A stretch of 63,746 bases of DNA, filler included, from Octopus bimaculoides (Eukaryota), in the NCBI RefSeq assembly GCF_001194135.2. It is 5 parts of 4 records of this genome, joined end to end, with 100 filler letters (N's around TTAATTAATTAA, not from the genome) between each part and the next. Parts side by side here need not be neighbours in the genome. Positions count along the whole stretch, not along the records: positions 23,955 to 44,355 come from NC_068981.1; positions 44,456 to 53,863 come from NC_069008.1; 3 more parts are not named here. One strand, written 5' to 3'. Each line of letters opens with the position of its first letter. Within the stretch, counting starts at the first letter, position 1. Both the position numbers and the translations under genes were made by a program. This document shows, in pieces, positions 39,190 through 53,703 of the stretch. Below the pieces are notes generated by a model that saw nothing but the letters and a program-made list of their open reading frames with translations, was not told the origin of the DNA and made no database searches.

Positions 39190-42087
39190 AGAGAGAGGGA
39201 GGGAGAGAGAGAAAAGAAAGAGAGAGGTTAAGAGAGCGAAAAAAATGTGTGTTTGTGTGTGTGTGAGTGAGAGAGAGGGGGTTTGAAGGAGGATACGATA
39301 AGGGCAATATAAGTTACTATACAATGAATGACATATGACATTATGAGAACATATGGCAATTTGTGGCAGACGAAGAGAAGAGACACACAGATAGGATACG
39401 ATAAAACAAAAAATATAATGAACAATTAATACGCGCTTACACCAACATGCATATTTTGTTATGTTATTCGGGTTCTATTTTGTTGTCTTCATATATATTC
39501 TCTAGTATGATGATGTATCCTTCAGATATAAATACAGTTAAGTTGACCGAATATGCTGTGTGTCATGTATGTGTCTTTCAATTAAACTAATTTCTTTTAC
39601 TACCTGCTGTTGGTAGAATGACAAGAGTTGTTGAATGAATTTTTGTGGAGAAGTGTAAAAAAGATCAATTTCGAAGATAGTTTCACTTGATTCTCGTTTA
39701 TTTTACTGATACGTTTAATTACAATTAAATATAAATAAAAGGGAGTAATCTCCCTTTGTCAATAAAGACGCGAGAAAACATACGTATAGCAGGAAGTTAG
39801 TTCTTAATGTTTGCCTAAGAGTTTATCAAGCAAAGAAATGACAAGAATTAAATCACCTATCTCTTTCATTGAAACTAAACAAATGAAAGCTTTAGATTTA
39901 TGACTTAAGGTCATTATGGACGAAAGTAACGTCTTGTATCATTATAGCAAGAACGTTTATATACAACAAATGTATGTGAGAGTGAGTGACATAGCTTCCG
40001 GAAGGCACGCTATCCACTAACTAAAATCGAAAAAATACTAGGCTTGTATAACTTTCCATGGAAGTTTCTAGAAGCGTTCCCAAATATCTTTTAGAATACA
40101 ATAAGGTTTTGTTTTCTAGAAGATTAGCATACTGTGTGTGAGTGTGTGTATGTGTATGTGTGTGTGTGCATGTGTGTGCGTGCGCGCGCGCGTGTTATTA
40201 TGTATACACACAAACATAGATGCATACATAGAAACATGAATAAATAGTGACATTTGTTATGTCGGTTCTGGAAAAAAGACGGTAAATTCGCCTATAGTTC
40301 AAAGCTATAATTTCTCGTATTGCATAACATCTGCAACGAAATACAGATAGTAGCCAAAATCCCCTAAATTATACCTTACTGGAAAAAATACATCTAGTCC
40401 TGAAGGCTCTTGAATAGAAAGGATAGATGCAGCTGGAATTATTCTGCTAATGGATTTGTTCAATCAAAGTTGAGTTGACTATATTAAAAACAACAACAAC
40501 AGTAATAATAATAACTACATCAACAGTAGCCAAAAAAAAAAAACATCTACTTTAAATGTATATATTTACACCACGTTGCAGTAAAAAAAAGAGTTAATGA
40601 TAATATATTATTTAACAATAAACTAATAATGATTATAATCGTCATAATCAGTCAAATACACGTCACGTTAATAAATGTCTAATGATACATGCTCAGTACA
40701 AACATCTTCCGTAAATTGCTATTTGTTAATAACAAAGTGATTGTAAATACATTTTTTTGTGTGTATTATTTGCTAGGATTGTATTTCTTCCGATTGAAGA
40801 AAATAATTCATATTGTGCATGGGAATATATATGCTGGAAGACTTCATGCTATCGCTATTGGGAATATGGAATGACACGGCTTTTAAAATATGAATAACTT
40901 GTAAAGAAATTCAACGTGTTTCGGGTCAAAATCAAATGTTAAAGCAAAAACACAATATATTCTCATTAATACAAGGGAGTAAGTTAGAAGCATGAGGACA
41001 GAAACATAAAGAACACACAGTAAAGATAATCGATATATATTGAATACACAACCGAAGCTCTTGCATAAATCAACTGCGGAAGCTAGTTGCAGTCTTCCTG
41101 CGTATTTGCATGCAAAGATATTGAAAGCAAATACATATAATTAAGTTTCAGCTAAATTAGCTGCAATCATTAAAATTTCTTAAGAATGTAATTAGCATTG
41201 CTTATGTTTACGTATAAGTACATCCATTTATAGGACAAATACAGGCACAAAGCTATATGCGTGTGTGTGAGTGTGCGTGTAGATATATGTATACGAATAC
41301 AGAATATGTGTCCCTCTTTATTTGTACACGTGTGTATGCGTGTGTGTGTATGTGAATGTGTGTGTGTGCGCGCGCGCGTGTATAAGGAAGTGGGTATATG
41401 TCTGTATGTATGGAGATTGGTTTTCAAGAATGAGTGCAGCATCTGTATAATAAAGAAACAAGGCAGCATTAATTAGTCCCTCAAGCAATTTGCATACGAA
41501 ATTGACAAAATAGAAGTTTATCTCAGTATTTGTTACTACTAATTGGCGCCGTAAAGTTGCACAATAATTTGCCAAAGAATTTCGAAGACATAAGCTTTGT
41601 AAAATATCTCTCCGTTTTGTTGTCGTGAGATAATAGGCAATTTCTACGTTTAGAAGGTGGTATATACGTATACATATACATATACACACACACACACACA
41701 CACACATACATATATATATATNNNNNNNNNNNNNNNNNNNNNNNNNNNNNNNNNNNNNNNNNNNNNNNNNNNNNNNNNNNNNNNNNNNNNNNNNNNNNNN
41801 NNNNNNNNNNNNNNNNNNNNNNNNNNNNNNNNNNNNNNNNNNNNNNNNNNNNNNNNNNNNNNNNNNNNNNNNNNNNNNNNNNNNNNNNNNNNNNNNNNNN
41901 NNNNNNNNNNNNNNNNNNNNNNNNNNNNNNNNNNNNNNNNNNNNNNNNNNNNNNNNNNNNNNNNNNNNNNNNNNNNNNNNNNNNNNNNNNNNNNNNNNNN
42001 NNNNNNNNNNNNNNNNNNNNNNNNNNNNNNNNNNNNNNNNNNNNNNNNNNNNNNNNNNNNNNNNNNNNNNNNNNNNNNNNNNNNNNN

Positions 42088-42127
<40 letters not shown>

Positions 42128-42229
42128 CCCATAAATGTAAATAGGATGCAAGGAACATTTAAAAGCACTTAACTGACAGTATCTATCGAAACTAATTAAA
42201 ACGTTTTTATTTCTTTCAGATCCCCATGC

Positions 42230-43170
42230 CAGATAAAATGCTAACACAAACAATGAAAAGACTTGTAGCCAGCGACGCTATACGTACCGAATACAGCGAT
42301 TTAGAAATTGGCAACTTACTAAATGTCGCAAGATCTTTCGTATACATTGGGTGCCTATGGTGGAAATATTTCAACTGCATCAATGAAATAATTTTCTAAA
42401 CGTTTGAACACTAAATAACAAGCAATTTACCCAAGCGTTTCCAGATACTACAGACGATGATCCCGGAAAATAAAAGAGTGCTATCGAATTTCAAGTACTG
42501 GAATGAACTATGAGAACTACATGGCACGACGACATTCGATACAAGACAAATATACTGAGAGGTCTATTCCACTTTGGAAAGACAGGAGAAATCTGTTTGA
42601 TCCGTACCAAGCGGTTACTTAATGAGGTTATTGACCCTCAGGATCATGGCACGTTTTAGTTCTTCTATGGTAAGAAAACCTTCGACAAAAACCCAAATGT
42701 CTGACAGAAGAAATGAGAAACGTTCACGTGCATATCGTTCTGGTGTCGCCAGAGTGATGATATACATTAAGTTTCCAGCAATTGTGATAGTTTTAGGAGT
42801 GGTGAGTAAAGAACGTCGAATCATGCTACCTCACATCTTCCTGCAAGATCTTAAAATTAATGCTGTTTGATGCACTGAGGTACTGGAGATAGTCATGAAA
42901 CCGTGGATAGATGACGTGAGGAGTGAAAAGTCATATCTGTTTACAAGACTTATACCCTTCTCACAAAACCCACGCAACCAAGATAAGGATATCAGACAAT
43001 CTTTACAATCATGTCGCACCGTACTTGCGACCTTCAAACTCACCAAATTTGTATCCCATTAACTACTGCGCTCGTGACGTTGTTGAAAGGGAGACTAATT
43101 GATATACTCAATATACCATAGCTTCTCTGGAGGCTTCCATTATCAAGATGATGTCCAAAATGAATAAGGG
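42230..43170 (+). mobile_element. Near full-length DD37D (maT-like) transposase pseudogene
   Basis: SDLEIGNLLNVARSFVY, DDPGK, IRTKRLLN, KFPAIVIVLGVVSK, EVLEIVMKPWID and SPNLYPINY..VVERETN, with many stops and frameshifts. Confidence 0.8.
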
Positions 43171-44009
43171 TTATTTAGTGTAGGCTTGTCAGCGATTCCG
43201 ATCCTGCATTGGATTTGTTCCCGAAGTTGAAGTTGTATATGTATGTATNNNNNNNNNNNNNNNNNNNNNNNNNNNNNNNNNNNNNNNNNNNNNNNNNNNN
43301 NNNNNNNNNNNNNNNNNNNNNNNNNNNNNNNNNNNNNNNNNNNNNNNNNNNNNNNNNNNNNNNNNNNNNNNNNNNNNNNNNNNNNNNNNNNNNNNNNNNN
43401 NNNNNNNNNNNNNNNNNNNNNNNNNNNNNNNNNNNNNNNNNNNNNNNNNNNNNNNNNNNNNNNNNNNNNNNNNNNNNNNNNNNNNNNNNNNNNNNNNNNN
43501 NNNNNNNNNNNNNNNNNNNNNNNNNNNNNNNNNNNNNNNNNNNNNNNNNNNNNNNNNNNNNNATATATATATATATATATACACATATATTGGGTACGTA
43601 TATATACGTATATATTTCCACTAATATATCTAATTACATTTTGGATATACACTTTTCTTATATATTGACTTTCTCATTGTTGATGTTCTCTCTGTATAGG
43701 CACAAATGTAATCCTTTCCGAAATAAATTGCACTTCGTAATCGAGTCTTCGATGAAGCTGTAAGAGGCTACTCTGGCACTCAACTACGAGTCCACTGTAT
43801 CATATACCAGAAACAGCTGCAAGCTAATGAAGTTTATATGATGATCATTTATTTCTTTATCATCTCTCTTTTTTATTACGACTCTATACTCAGCTCACAC
43901 TTCGTTCTGATATATAAGTTTACTGAGTTCTACACCAGATTATCAGTCTCGACATGCCTAAGCGAAACACGCGCACACATTATATACATATGTATATACA
44001 TATATATTT

Positions 44010-44355
44010 GTTTTGCGGCTATTGCGGACTATGCCAAATTCAACATATTGATGGCAGACCTCGTCAGAGTAATGCGAAATGTCTCCTGCATGTGCGACCC
44101 TACAGAATTAAAGAGACATATACAACATTTCGTCCACCGCATGCAGTTCTCGGGTTACAGCCATAAAGAAAGGATCAGGGTTTACAAAGGAGCTATGAAG
44201 AAGTTTGAAACAATGAAACGCAACGATAGGAATGGGATTTGCCCACTCTATAGGAGCAAATCATGGAATACCATAGAAAGAACTAGGAAGAAAATAGGGA
44301 AGGCAAGCTCATGGTACAATAGCCACAAGTACCAAAGCGTCATGTTCGTCGACAC
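44010..44355 (+). mobile_element. Penelope-like element ORF fragment (RT thumb/linker region), cut by a gap
   Basis: Open frame KFNILMADLVRVMRNVS...HFVHRMQFSGYSHKER...G.CPLYRSKSWN..ER..K..K.SSWY...YQSVMFVD, typical of the PLE region between RT and GIY-YIG. Clade not assigned. Confidence 0.7.
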
Positions 44356-44605
44356 NNNNNNNNNNNNNNNNNNNNNNNNNNNNNNNNNNNNNNNNNNNNT
44401 TAATTAATTAANNNNNNNNNNNNNNNNNNNNNNNNNNNNNNNNNNNNNNNNNNNNTTTCAAATGTGTTTGAGGTATCTTCAGATATTGACGAATATCAGA
44501 AATGATGGGAAAAATAGCTGTGAAACATTTGAAAGAAATAATTGATAAAAAATGAAATGTGAAAAGAAATATATATTGTCCTGAGAGAAGAAAATTATTG
44601 AAAGA

Positions 44606-46314
<1,709 letters not shown>

Positions 46315-48158
46315 NNNNNNNNNNCTCAACTTTACCTAATAAATAATCGCATTTTGTTTCCCCATTTTGAAATAATCTTTTAAAGCTAAATGCTTTTCCT
46401 TATGCCAGCCGTTTAATCACCTATTACATTACATAGGCAAGGCATGCCATACATGTGCTGTAAAACCAAGATACAATTTTTGTCAATGTTCATTCTATGA
46501 TAAACTTATATAATCATCAATGTATTCACAAAAGAAAGAAAATATAATGCTATTTTACATATAACTACTACTATGTCGACATAAGTGTGTCACTTACTGC
46601 TGTAATATTTCTAATAAAAATCATTTATTCACTATGTTTGTATGTCTTTCATCATGCCTCCCCTACACCTGTTCCTGCAAATTATCCAGCATCATGTCAC
46701 TTTTATTGTCATTCTCCTGTCTACTGTATTATCATTCTACTGTTTTGAATTCTCAGTCACTTCCTATTCCACCCCTCCCTCTCTGTGACCTTACAGATTA
46801 TATCATTACAGGTTGCCTACTTTCCATCTGTTCACCCTTTCACTATCCCTCACCCCTCCTACACTTTTCTTCCCCCTAACCTATTCATTCTTGTACTTTG
46901 AAGGCCTACTTCATCACCACCATTTTCATCTCTTTCTATGAAATCCATGAGATTCTTCATGATCCTTCCTACCTCTTCACACTTCAGAATAGTCATGAAG
47001 CTCCTCTAAAATGAGAGACCTGTTCTGCTCTCACAGCTTTACTCCTCCTCTCTCTCTCTCTGTTTCTCAGTTTATCCTTCAGTTTGTCTGTCTTGCCTCT
47101 CTCTCCTATTTCTCAATCTCTCTGTCTTCTCAATCATTTATTCTCTTGACTGTGTGGCCTATAATCTTTACTTTTTGCATCATTTCTCTCTCTTAAATTC
47201 TCCTTCTGTCAGTCTTACATGTAGAACATCTAATCAAATCTTGTATTGATCCAATCAATAAAGCGTAGGATTCACAGATTTGGCATTATTTTATATAAAT
47301 ACTAACCATTAGAGTTTTTATCATGCAGTGAATGAGAGGTGGACAAGAGGATAACTTTGTATATTAAATCATAATGATACTGGTGGAATTTGATGCTCAT
47401 CAAACTTTCTCNNNNNNNNNNNNNNNNNNNNNNNNNNNNNNNNNNNNNNNNNNNNNNNNNNNNNNNNNNNNNNNNNNNNNNNNNNNNNNNNNNNNNNNNN
47501 NNNNNNNNNNNNNNNNNNNNNNNNNNNNNNNNNNNNNNNNNNNNNNNNNNNNNNNNNNNNNNNNNNNNNNNNNNNNNNNNNNNNNNNNNNNNNNNNNNNN
47601 NNNNNNNNNNNNNNNNNNNNNNNNNNNNNNNNNNNNNNNNNNNNNNNNNNNNNNNNNNNNNNNNNNNNNNNNNNNNNNNNNNNNNNNNNNNNNNNNNNNN
47701 NNNNNNNNNNNNNNNNNNNNNNNNNNNNNNNNNNNNNNNNNNNNNNNNNNNNNNNNNNNNNNNNNNNNNNNNNNNNNNNNNNNNNNNNNNNNNNNNNNNN
47801 NNNNNNNNNNNNNNNNNNNNNNNNNNNNNNNNNNNNNNNNNNNNNNNNNNNNNNNNNNNNNNNNNNNNNNNNNNNNNNNNNNNNNNNNNNNNNNNNNNNN
47901 NNNNNNNNNNNNNNNNNNNNNNNNNNNNNNNNNNNNNNNNNNNNNNNNNNNNNNNNNNNNNNNNNNNNNNNNNNNNNNNNNNNNNNNNNNNNNNNNNNNN
48001 NNNNNNNNNNNNNNNNNNNNNNNNNNNNNNNNNNNNNNNNNNNNNNNNNNNNNNNNNNNNNNNNNNNNNNNNNNNNNNNNNNNNNNNNNNNNNNNNTGTA
48101 TGTTACTTAGTTTGGTTTGAAATAAAGAACTTGATTAGCTTAATAATCCCATCTTAAT

Positions 48159-48187
48159 CCCGGGCAAAGCCAGGCTATACTGCTAGT
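48159..48187 (+). mobile_element. Helitron-type 3' terminus
   Basis: Imperfect hairpin CCCGG-gcaaag-CCAGG, then CTAG at 48183-48186 followed by T. The body is probably in the upstream gap. Confidence 0.55.
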
Positions 48188-48190
48188 ATA

Positions 48191-48345
48191 TCATCATCAT
48201 CATCATCATCGTTTAACGTCCACTTTCCATGCTAGCATGGGTTGGATGATTTGACTGAGGACTGGTGAAACCAGATGGCAACACCAGGCTCCAATCTAAT
48301 TTGGCAGAGTTTCTACAGCTGGATGCCCTTCCTAACGCCAACGAC
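48191..48345 (-). mobile_element. Family A retroposon 3' portion
   Basis: Same sequence as the 9436 copy. Confidence 0.8.
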
Positions 48346-48798
48346 TCTCTCACTCTCTGTCTTTATCTACAACAACCTCCACTCTGTACTAGTGTCTGGG
48401 GTTTGGTTGTTTATGGAAGTTGTATGTTTAACAAGGAGTGTTTAAGCCTCTCATTCTACCACTGGGTCCTCAACACACACACACATGCAAACAATCCAAC
48501 ACAGACACCCACATCGTTCAGTTGTGGAAAGAGACATCCGTCCTATTTGTGCAGATGTGTAGATGCAATCCTTTTACTCAATATAGAAAGAGAAATAATG
48601 AAATAGTTTTCCTTCCCTACCTCTGCCCAGTCACAGATTTGAACGTGAATCCAGAGGAAACCAACTCGCAGAATTATAACACGCGTTTTATACATACATT
48701 CATAAATATATACACAGGCAGACACAAGTACACAGTCATATACAAAACATGTGTACGCCTCTCTGCTTGTGGCCATATATGTGTGTATCTATGAGATA

Positions 48799-49047
48799 TT
48801 GAGTCGGTGTATAATTATTGCGGCTATTTTTCAACAAATTTTATTCAACAAAGACAATAACGATATTTCACAAAAACATCTTTAAATGACGGTCTGACTG
48901 CCTGCCAATGAAACGGGAAGCAGTAATGGAAGTAGATGCTGAATATGCTCCGGAATAATCATTTAAAGATGTTTTTGTTACATGCTGTTATTGTCTTTGC
49001 TGAATGAAATTTGTTGAAAAAACCGCAATAATTATGCAGCAACCCAA
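48799..49047. mobile_element. Mariner-derived MITE (249 bp)
   Basis: About 90-bp inverted arms (ttgagtcggtgtataattattgcggc... / ...ccgcaataattatgcagcaacccaa) flanked by TA at 48797-48798 and 49048-49049. Termini resemble the Hsmar1/MADE1-type TIR. Confidence 0.85.
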
Positions 49048-49244
49048 TATGTATATAACAAGGTAGAATGAACAGAACATTTTTGGCTTGTATTCTAGGA
49101 CTCAACCAAGTAGAAACACACACACACACTGATCGATCGATAGGTAGAGAGATAGAGACAAAGAGAGAGATGGATAGAAAGACAGAAGACAGATAGATAG
49201 ATAGATAGATAAAAGAGTGAGACAGACAAACAGAGGGAGGCAGG

Positions 49245-49385
49245 TTCTATTTACTAAACTCATTCACAAGGCATTGGTTTGTTCTGGACTATAGCAGAAG
49301 ACACTTGTGTAAATTGCCTGTGCAGTGGGACTGAACCCAAAACCAGGTGATTGCACAGCGAGCCCCTGAATCACACAACCACGCC
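49245..49385 (-). mobile_element. Family D SINE head
   Basis: Minus strand reads aggcgtggttgtgtg...gggttcagtcccactgcac...caagtgtcttctgctatag. Confidence 0.7.
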
Positions 49386-50449
49386 TTTGCCTCTACGTTG
49401 ATCTTATAGGAAAGTGGTTATACACCATTAGGTGTACACCCGCCTTCCTATATTAAATTATTGAAGAAACAACGAAACGCTGACTCCGAACTATCAACAC
49501 AACAATATTTATTTATGGAGGAAAATAGGCAGCTTTAATCTTGGTTGCTGAGACGTTGGAATGTTGATGTGAGCTGTCCCCAGAGTTGAAATGATGGAGA
49601 GACAGCTTGACACGTCCATGCTCATGGCCGCCCGGCCGGGAAAAGAGAATGAATAAGGGCGCCAAACTTGGATATTGATGACTACGCATGCGCACGAGAC
49701 AAGGCGTTACTACAATCTTTTAGCCAGCTGCTCTTTCCATCCGGGCAGTTGTTGGCAAATAAACTAAAGGGAAGCAACTCAGTGTTGTCTCCTGAGAAGA
49801 CATTACGTTGCAAGGTTGACTGGAAGAGAATCAAAACTGGTATTTTTAAACGAGATTTTCATAGGTTCTGTTCTGCTATTTGGTGCCTCTAGAAATTTGG
49901 GGATGTTCCAGGAATATTTAAGGAGTTTGACATGATTGCCAAAATTGGTTTTGTAACCATGAGATTTCGGGTTCAGCTCCACCGATGTGTCATACGGAAT
50001 AACTTTCTACTACAGCCTTGAGTTATGTGTGTGTGTGTATGCTGTGAGTGAGTGTGTTTGTATATGTATGTGTGTGTGTTGTGAGTGAGTGTGTTTGTAT
50101 GTGACTGTACAACTTTCAGTTTTTCAGTCTTTGCGACTTTTTCTATTTAGTGTAAAGCATGGAAAACAATTTGTTCTTCATGATAAAATTGTTTTAGCAA
50201 TTTTCCACCTTGTCTTATTTTCCTTATACCTATCAACTCATGTCTTTCTTTTCAACCTTCTACACACACACACATATCTATATGTACATAGCTACACACA
50301 TGTGTAAGTAAATAGGCGCGCGCGCGCACATAGACAGTTGCCGATAGTTGTTGACAAACAACGGCACTAATTTTATTCAAGGGAAAAGATCCCATTACAC
50401 CGCTAGAATATGTTGTTTATATTTCATAGCAGTAACTGTTTTCACCTCA

Positions 50450-50996
50450 ATAGACGTCAGTGATTGGTTGAAATTACCGAAATACGACAATTTTTTACAT
50501 GAAATAACTTCGAATACAGAAATTCTTATCTGTTCTATAACACAAAATATACAAGTTTACGAAGCTTGAAAGTGTTTCGGTACCAAAAACACTACATGAA
50601 ACATAAATGAAAAGTGTTGCCCGTCAATTCAGAAAGATCTCTGATTCATTACATAACCCCGACAGAGTATGGGGTACCAGATTCCAGATGGCGAAATATT
50701 TATGACATCGTTTCAATCGCACTGAGAAGGAAAAGGGCTGAAATAAGACTCAGCTTTTATCGCGATGTCATACGCATGCGCACTAAACTGACTTCCATTG
50801 CTATCTTCACTTCAAAATTTTTGTCTACTTCATAAATATCTTTTTATCACTTATCATGCACAGTTATTAAGCATTTCTCGTCCACCACACACACTGTTAT
50901 AATACAGTTTTCAACAATTCTACACAGTTATAAAACATTTCACAACTACCACCATTATAACGACAAAACACTCCTTTAGAAAACATTTCCGTAAGT
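50450..50996 (+). promoter_or_regulatory. Promoter-like motif cluster with a possible first-exon donor
   Basis: CRE-like GACGTCA at 50453, ATTGG at 50463, NRF1-like ACGCATGCGCA at 50772-50782, donor-like GTAAGT at 50991, strong acceptor tcttttattgtag at 51493. Confidence 0.3.
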
Positions 50997-51269
50997 ATTT
51001 CAACAATGAAAATATTTCTTCTTTTAATATTGTAGTCATTTGTTTTTGACGAATCGATTCTTTGTGTCTGTCGTACCTTTTATACATGAAACTTATCTAA
51101 TTTGTACGCGATTTGGCTGCTATTTCTTGCAATGAAACCTATTTTGTTGACTGTCTATCGTTGCTACTTTAGTTTGTTGTGTGATTTAGTTTGAGAAATA
51201 TTTTGCATTACACTAGAATCAGTCTATTATAATTTGGTTTCAAATTTTGTGACAAGGCCAACAATTAAG

Positions 51270-51448
51270 CTGGTGAAAAAGTCGATTACATTGATTCCAG
51301 TGCTTAACTGGTACTTATTTTATCGACCCCGAAAGGATGAAATGTAGATTCATCCTCGGCGGAATTTGAACTCGGAGCGCAAGGACGGTCGAAGTGCAAC
51401 TAAGAATTCTGTCTGGTGTGCTAACGGTTCTGCCAGCTCGCCGCCTTA
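51270..51448 (-). mobile_element. Family B SINE with an intact tRNA-like head
   Basis: Minus strand starts aaggcggcgagctggcagaaccgttagcac and contains the B box GAGTTCAAATTCC. Confidence 0.85.
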
Positions 51449-52121
51449 ATATTTTATTATAAGTCATGAAATGCTTTTTTTCTTTTATTGTAGAACTACA
51501 GATAAGCCCTCACAACCACCTCATTTGTTTCCTCATAAGTTTGTGTGTAAGATAGAGATATCTCGAAATCTGTCTTGTAAGATTGGAAAAGAATTTGGTG
51601 TAATTTATTTTCACTTTAAGCATTGTTGTCAAGTAGCAAGTTTGGTTTTCAATGTCTTTTCGAAAGAAAACCAAGAGAAATCTAGCAAATTATATGGCAA
51701 ACATAAAAGCCACATGTGGTTNNNNNNNNNNATAGATAGAGAGACAGACAGACAGACAGATAGCTCGCTCCGGCCAGTCATGGTATTAGCTGTCAGTAGC
51801 CAAAGAATCAACTCAAACCAGCAGTAACGTTCCTTGTCAGATTTTTCTACTTTCACTTCTGACAGCTAATACCATGACAGTGCCAAAATATATATATATG
51901 TGTGTATATTTATATACACACATATATCATAATTTAGGGTATCCAAGAGACACTACCACGCTGAAAATAGCAGCCAGATCTTGTCAAGATTTGGCTGCTA
52001 TTTTCAGATTTTAATTAATTATTACCTTTGGTTTTTATTCCCATGCTGGCCACTTGATAAAATCGATATTCTAAATATTCATCTTATCCTTATTTATATA
52101 AATATATAATATATATATATA

Positions 52122-52470
52122 TCATCATCATCATCGTTTAACGTCCGCTTTCCATGCTGGCATGGGTTGGACGATTTGACTGAGGACTGGCGAAACCAGA
52201 TGGCAACACCAGGCTCCAATCTGACTTGGAAGAGTTTCTACAGCTGGATGCCCTTCCTAACGCCAACAACTCCGAGAGTGTAGTGGGTGCTTTTACGTTC
52301 CACCGGCATGAAGGCCAGTCAGGCGGTACTGGCAACGGCCATGCTCAAAATGGTGTATTTTATGTGCCACCTGCACAGGAGCCAGTCCAGCGGCACTAGC
52401 AACGATCTCGCTTGAATGTCTTTACAAGTGCCAGGAAGGCAACGCTGGGCACAGGTGCCATCACGATTTC
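52122..52470 (-). mobile_element. Longest family A copy, with internal tandem subunits of about 63 bp
   Basis: Family A tail followed by repeated tttta.gtgccacc.gca..g.gccagtc..gcgg.act.gcaacg units. Confidence 0.8.
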
Positions 52471-53299
52471 GCTTATCCATACACACACATATATGTATGT
52501 ACTTATTTGTAACTCTTTGCTTTGTCAACACATGGTGGTTGGAAATCAGTTTCACAGCCATACAATCATGTCATTCATTTCCAATCATGTGTGAAAACAT
52601 GTCCTGCCATGGGTAGGAGTGATGGTGGTGGTGGTGGTGCTGGAAGTAGATGCAAAACTCTATACCCCATGGTACATAGATGTGTTCTACTGTCCAGTCA
52701 CTTTCAACCAAAGAGTTTATTTTTATGTTTCATTGTGCCTGGGTCCGTGAATTCAATACCAGTGATACACGGGGAAGGGGAATTATTCTCCCCTACACTC
52801 CTTCCTACATCTTACCACCATTCTATGTTTGTACTGATTTGTTTATTTTGTCCATATGGTTAACCATTGTGATTTACATTTTTACTCTTATTTAATTTTA
52901 TTTTTTGTGACGCTTGATAAGCTTTTTGGTTTTATTTGCAAGAGAGCAGAGGATGTCAGTTTGTCACATGACACTTACTACTTCTGTGGCTGCTATAGTC
53001 ATCTTGGAATGACAATATCGAAATCTGTCTTGTAAGATTGGAAAAGAATTTGGTGTAATTTATTTTCACTTTAAGCATTGTTGTCAAGTAGCAAGTTTGG
53101 TTTTAAATGTCTTTTCGAAAGAAAACCAAGAGAAATCTAGCAAATTATATGGCAAACATAAAAGCCACATGTGGTTATGATTGGATATTTCTATTTCTGA
53201 GAGTGAAACAATTCTGGGGATAGTTCTGATTGCGTTAATGTCATTAGTTAATGTCATCACCACTAATGTCATTAGTTAATGTCATCACCAAGCTAATGT

Positions 53300-53703
53300 C
53301 ATTAGTCCGTCCAGAAGAGGTGGCAGAAGTTGGTTTCAAACAAATCCCAAGGCTTCCGTTTTCCGAGTTTGGGGACTTTTCCAAGCTGCTGAAGATGGCA
53401 TGAACAGTTGTATGGCTTGAATGAAGCTTGCTTGCTCATTCTTCAACTGAAACTACATGATTTTTTTCAAGTTCTACCGAAAGGGGCTTGTCATCAATCT
53501 CAATTGAACGTGTTCAGGCTTCATCTTCAAGGCTGAAATCTCCACTTCTGAATTTTACAAACCATCTTCTGCAAGTTCTCTCATTCAGGCATCCTTCTCC
53601 ATAAGATGAGTGGATATTTTGAGTCGCTTAATGAACAGAGTTCCATTTTTTTTTTAAACTCATACAGCATTATGTGCCTCAAATGCTCCTTAGACACTTC
53701 CAT
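53300..53703 (-). mobile_element. Mariner transposase N-terminal (HTH) relic
   Basis: ATG at 53703: MEVSKEHLRHIMLYEFKK..., then frameshifted GEGCLNERTCRRWFVKFRSGDFSLEDE and HLQQLGKVPKLG. Confidence 0.85.
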
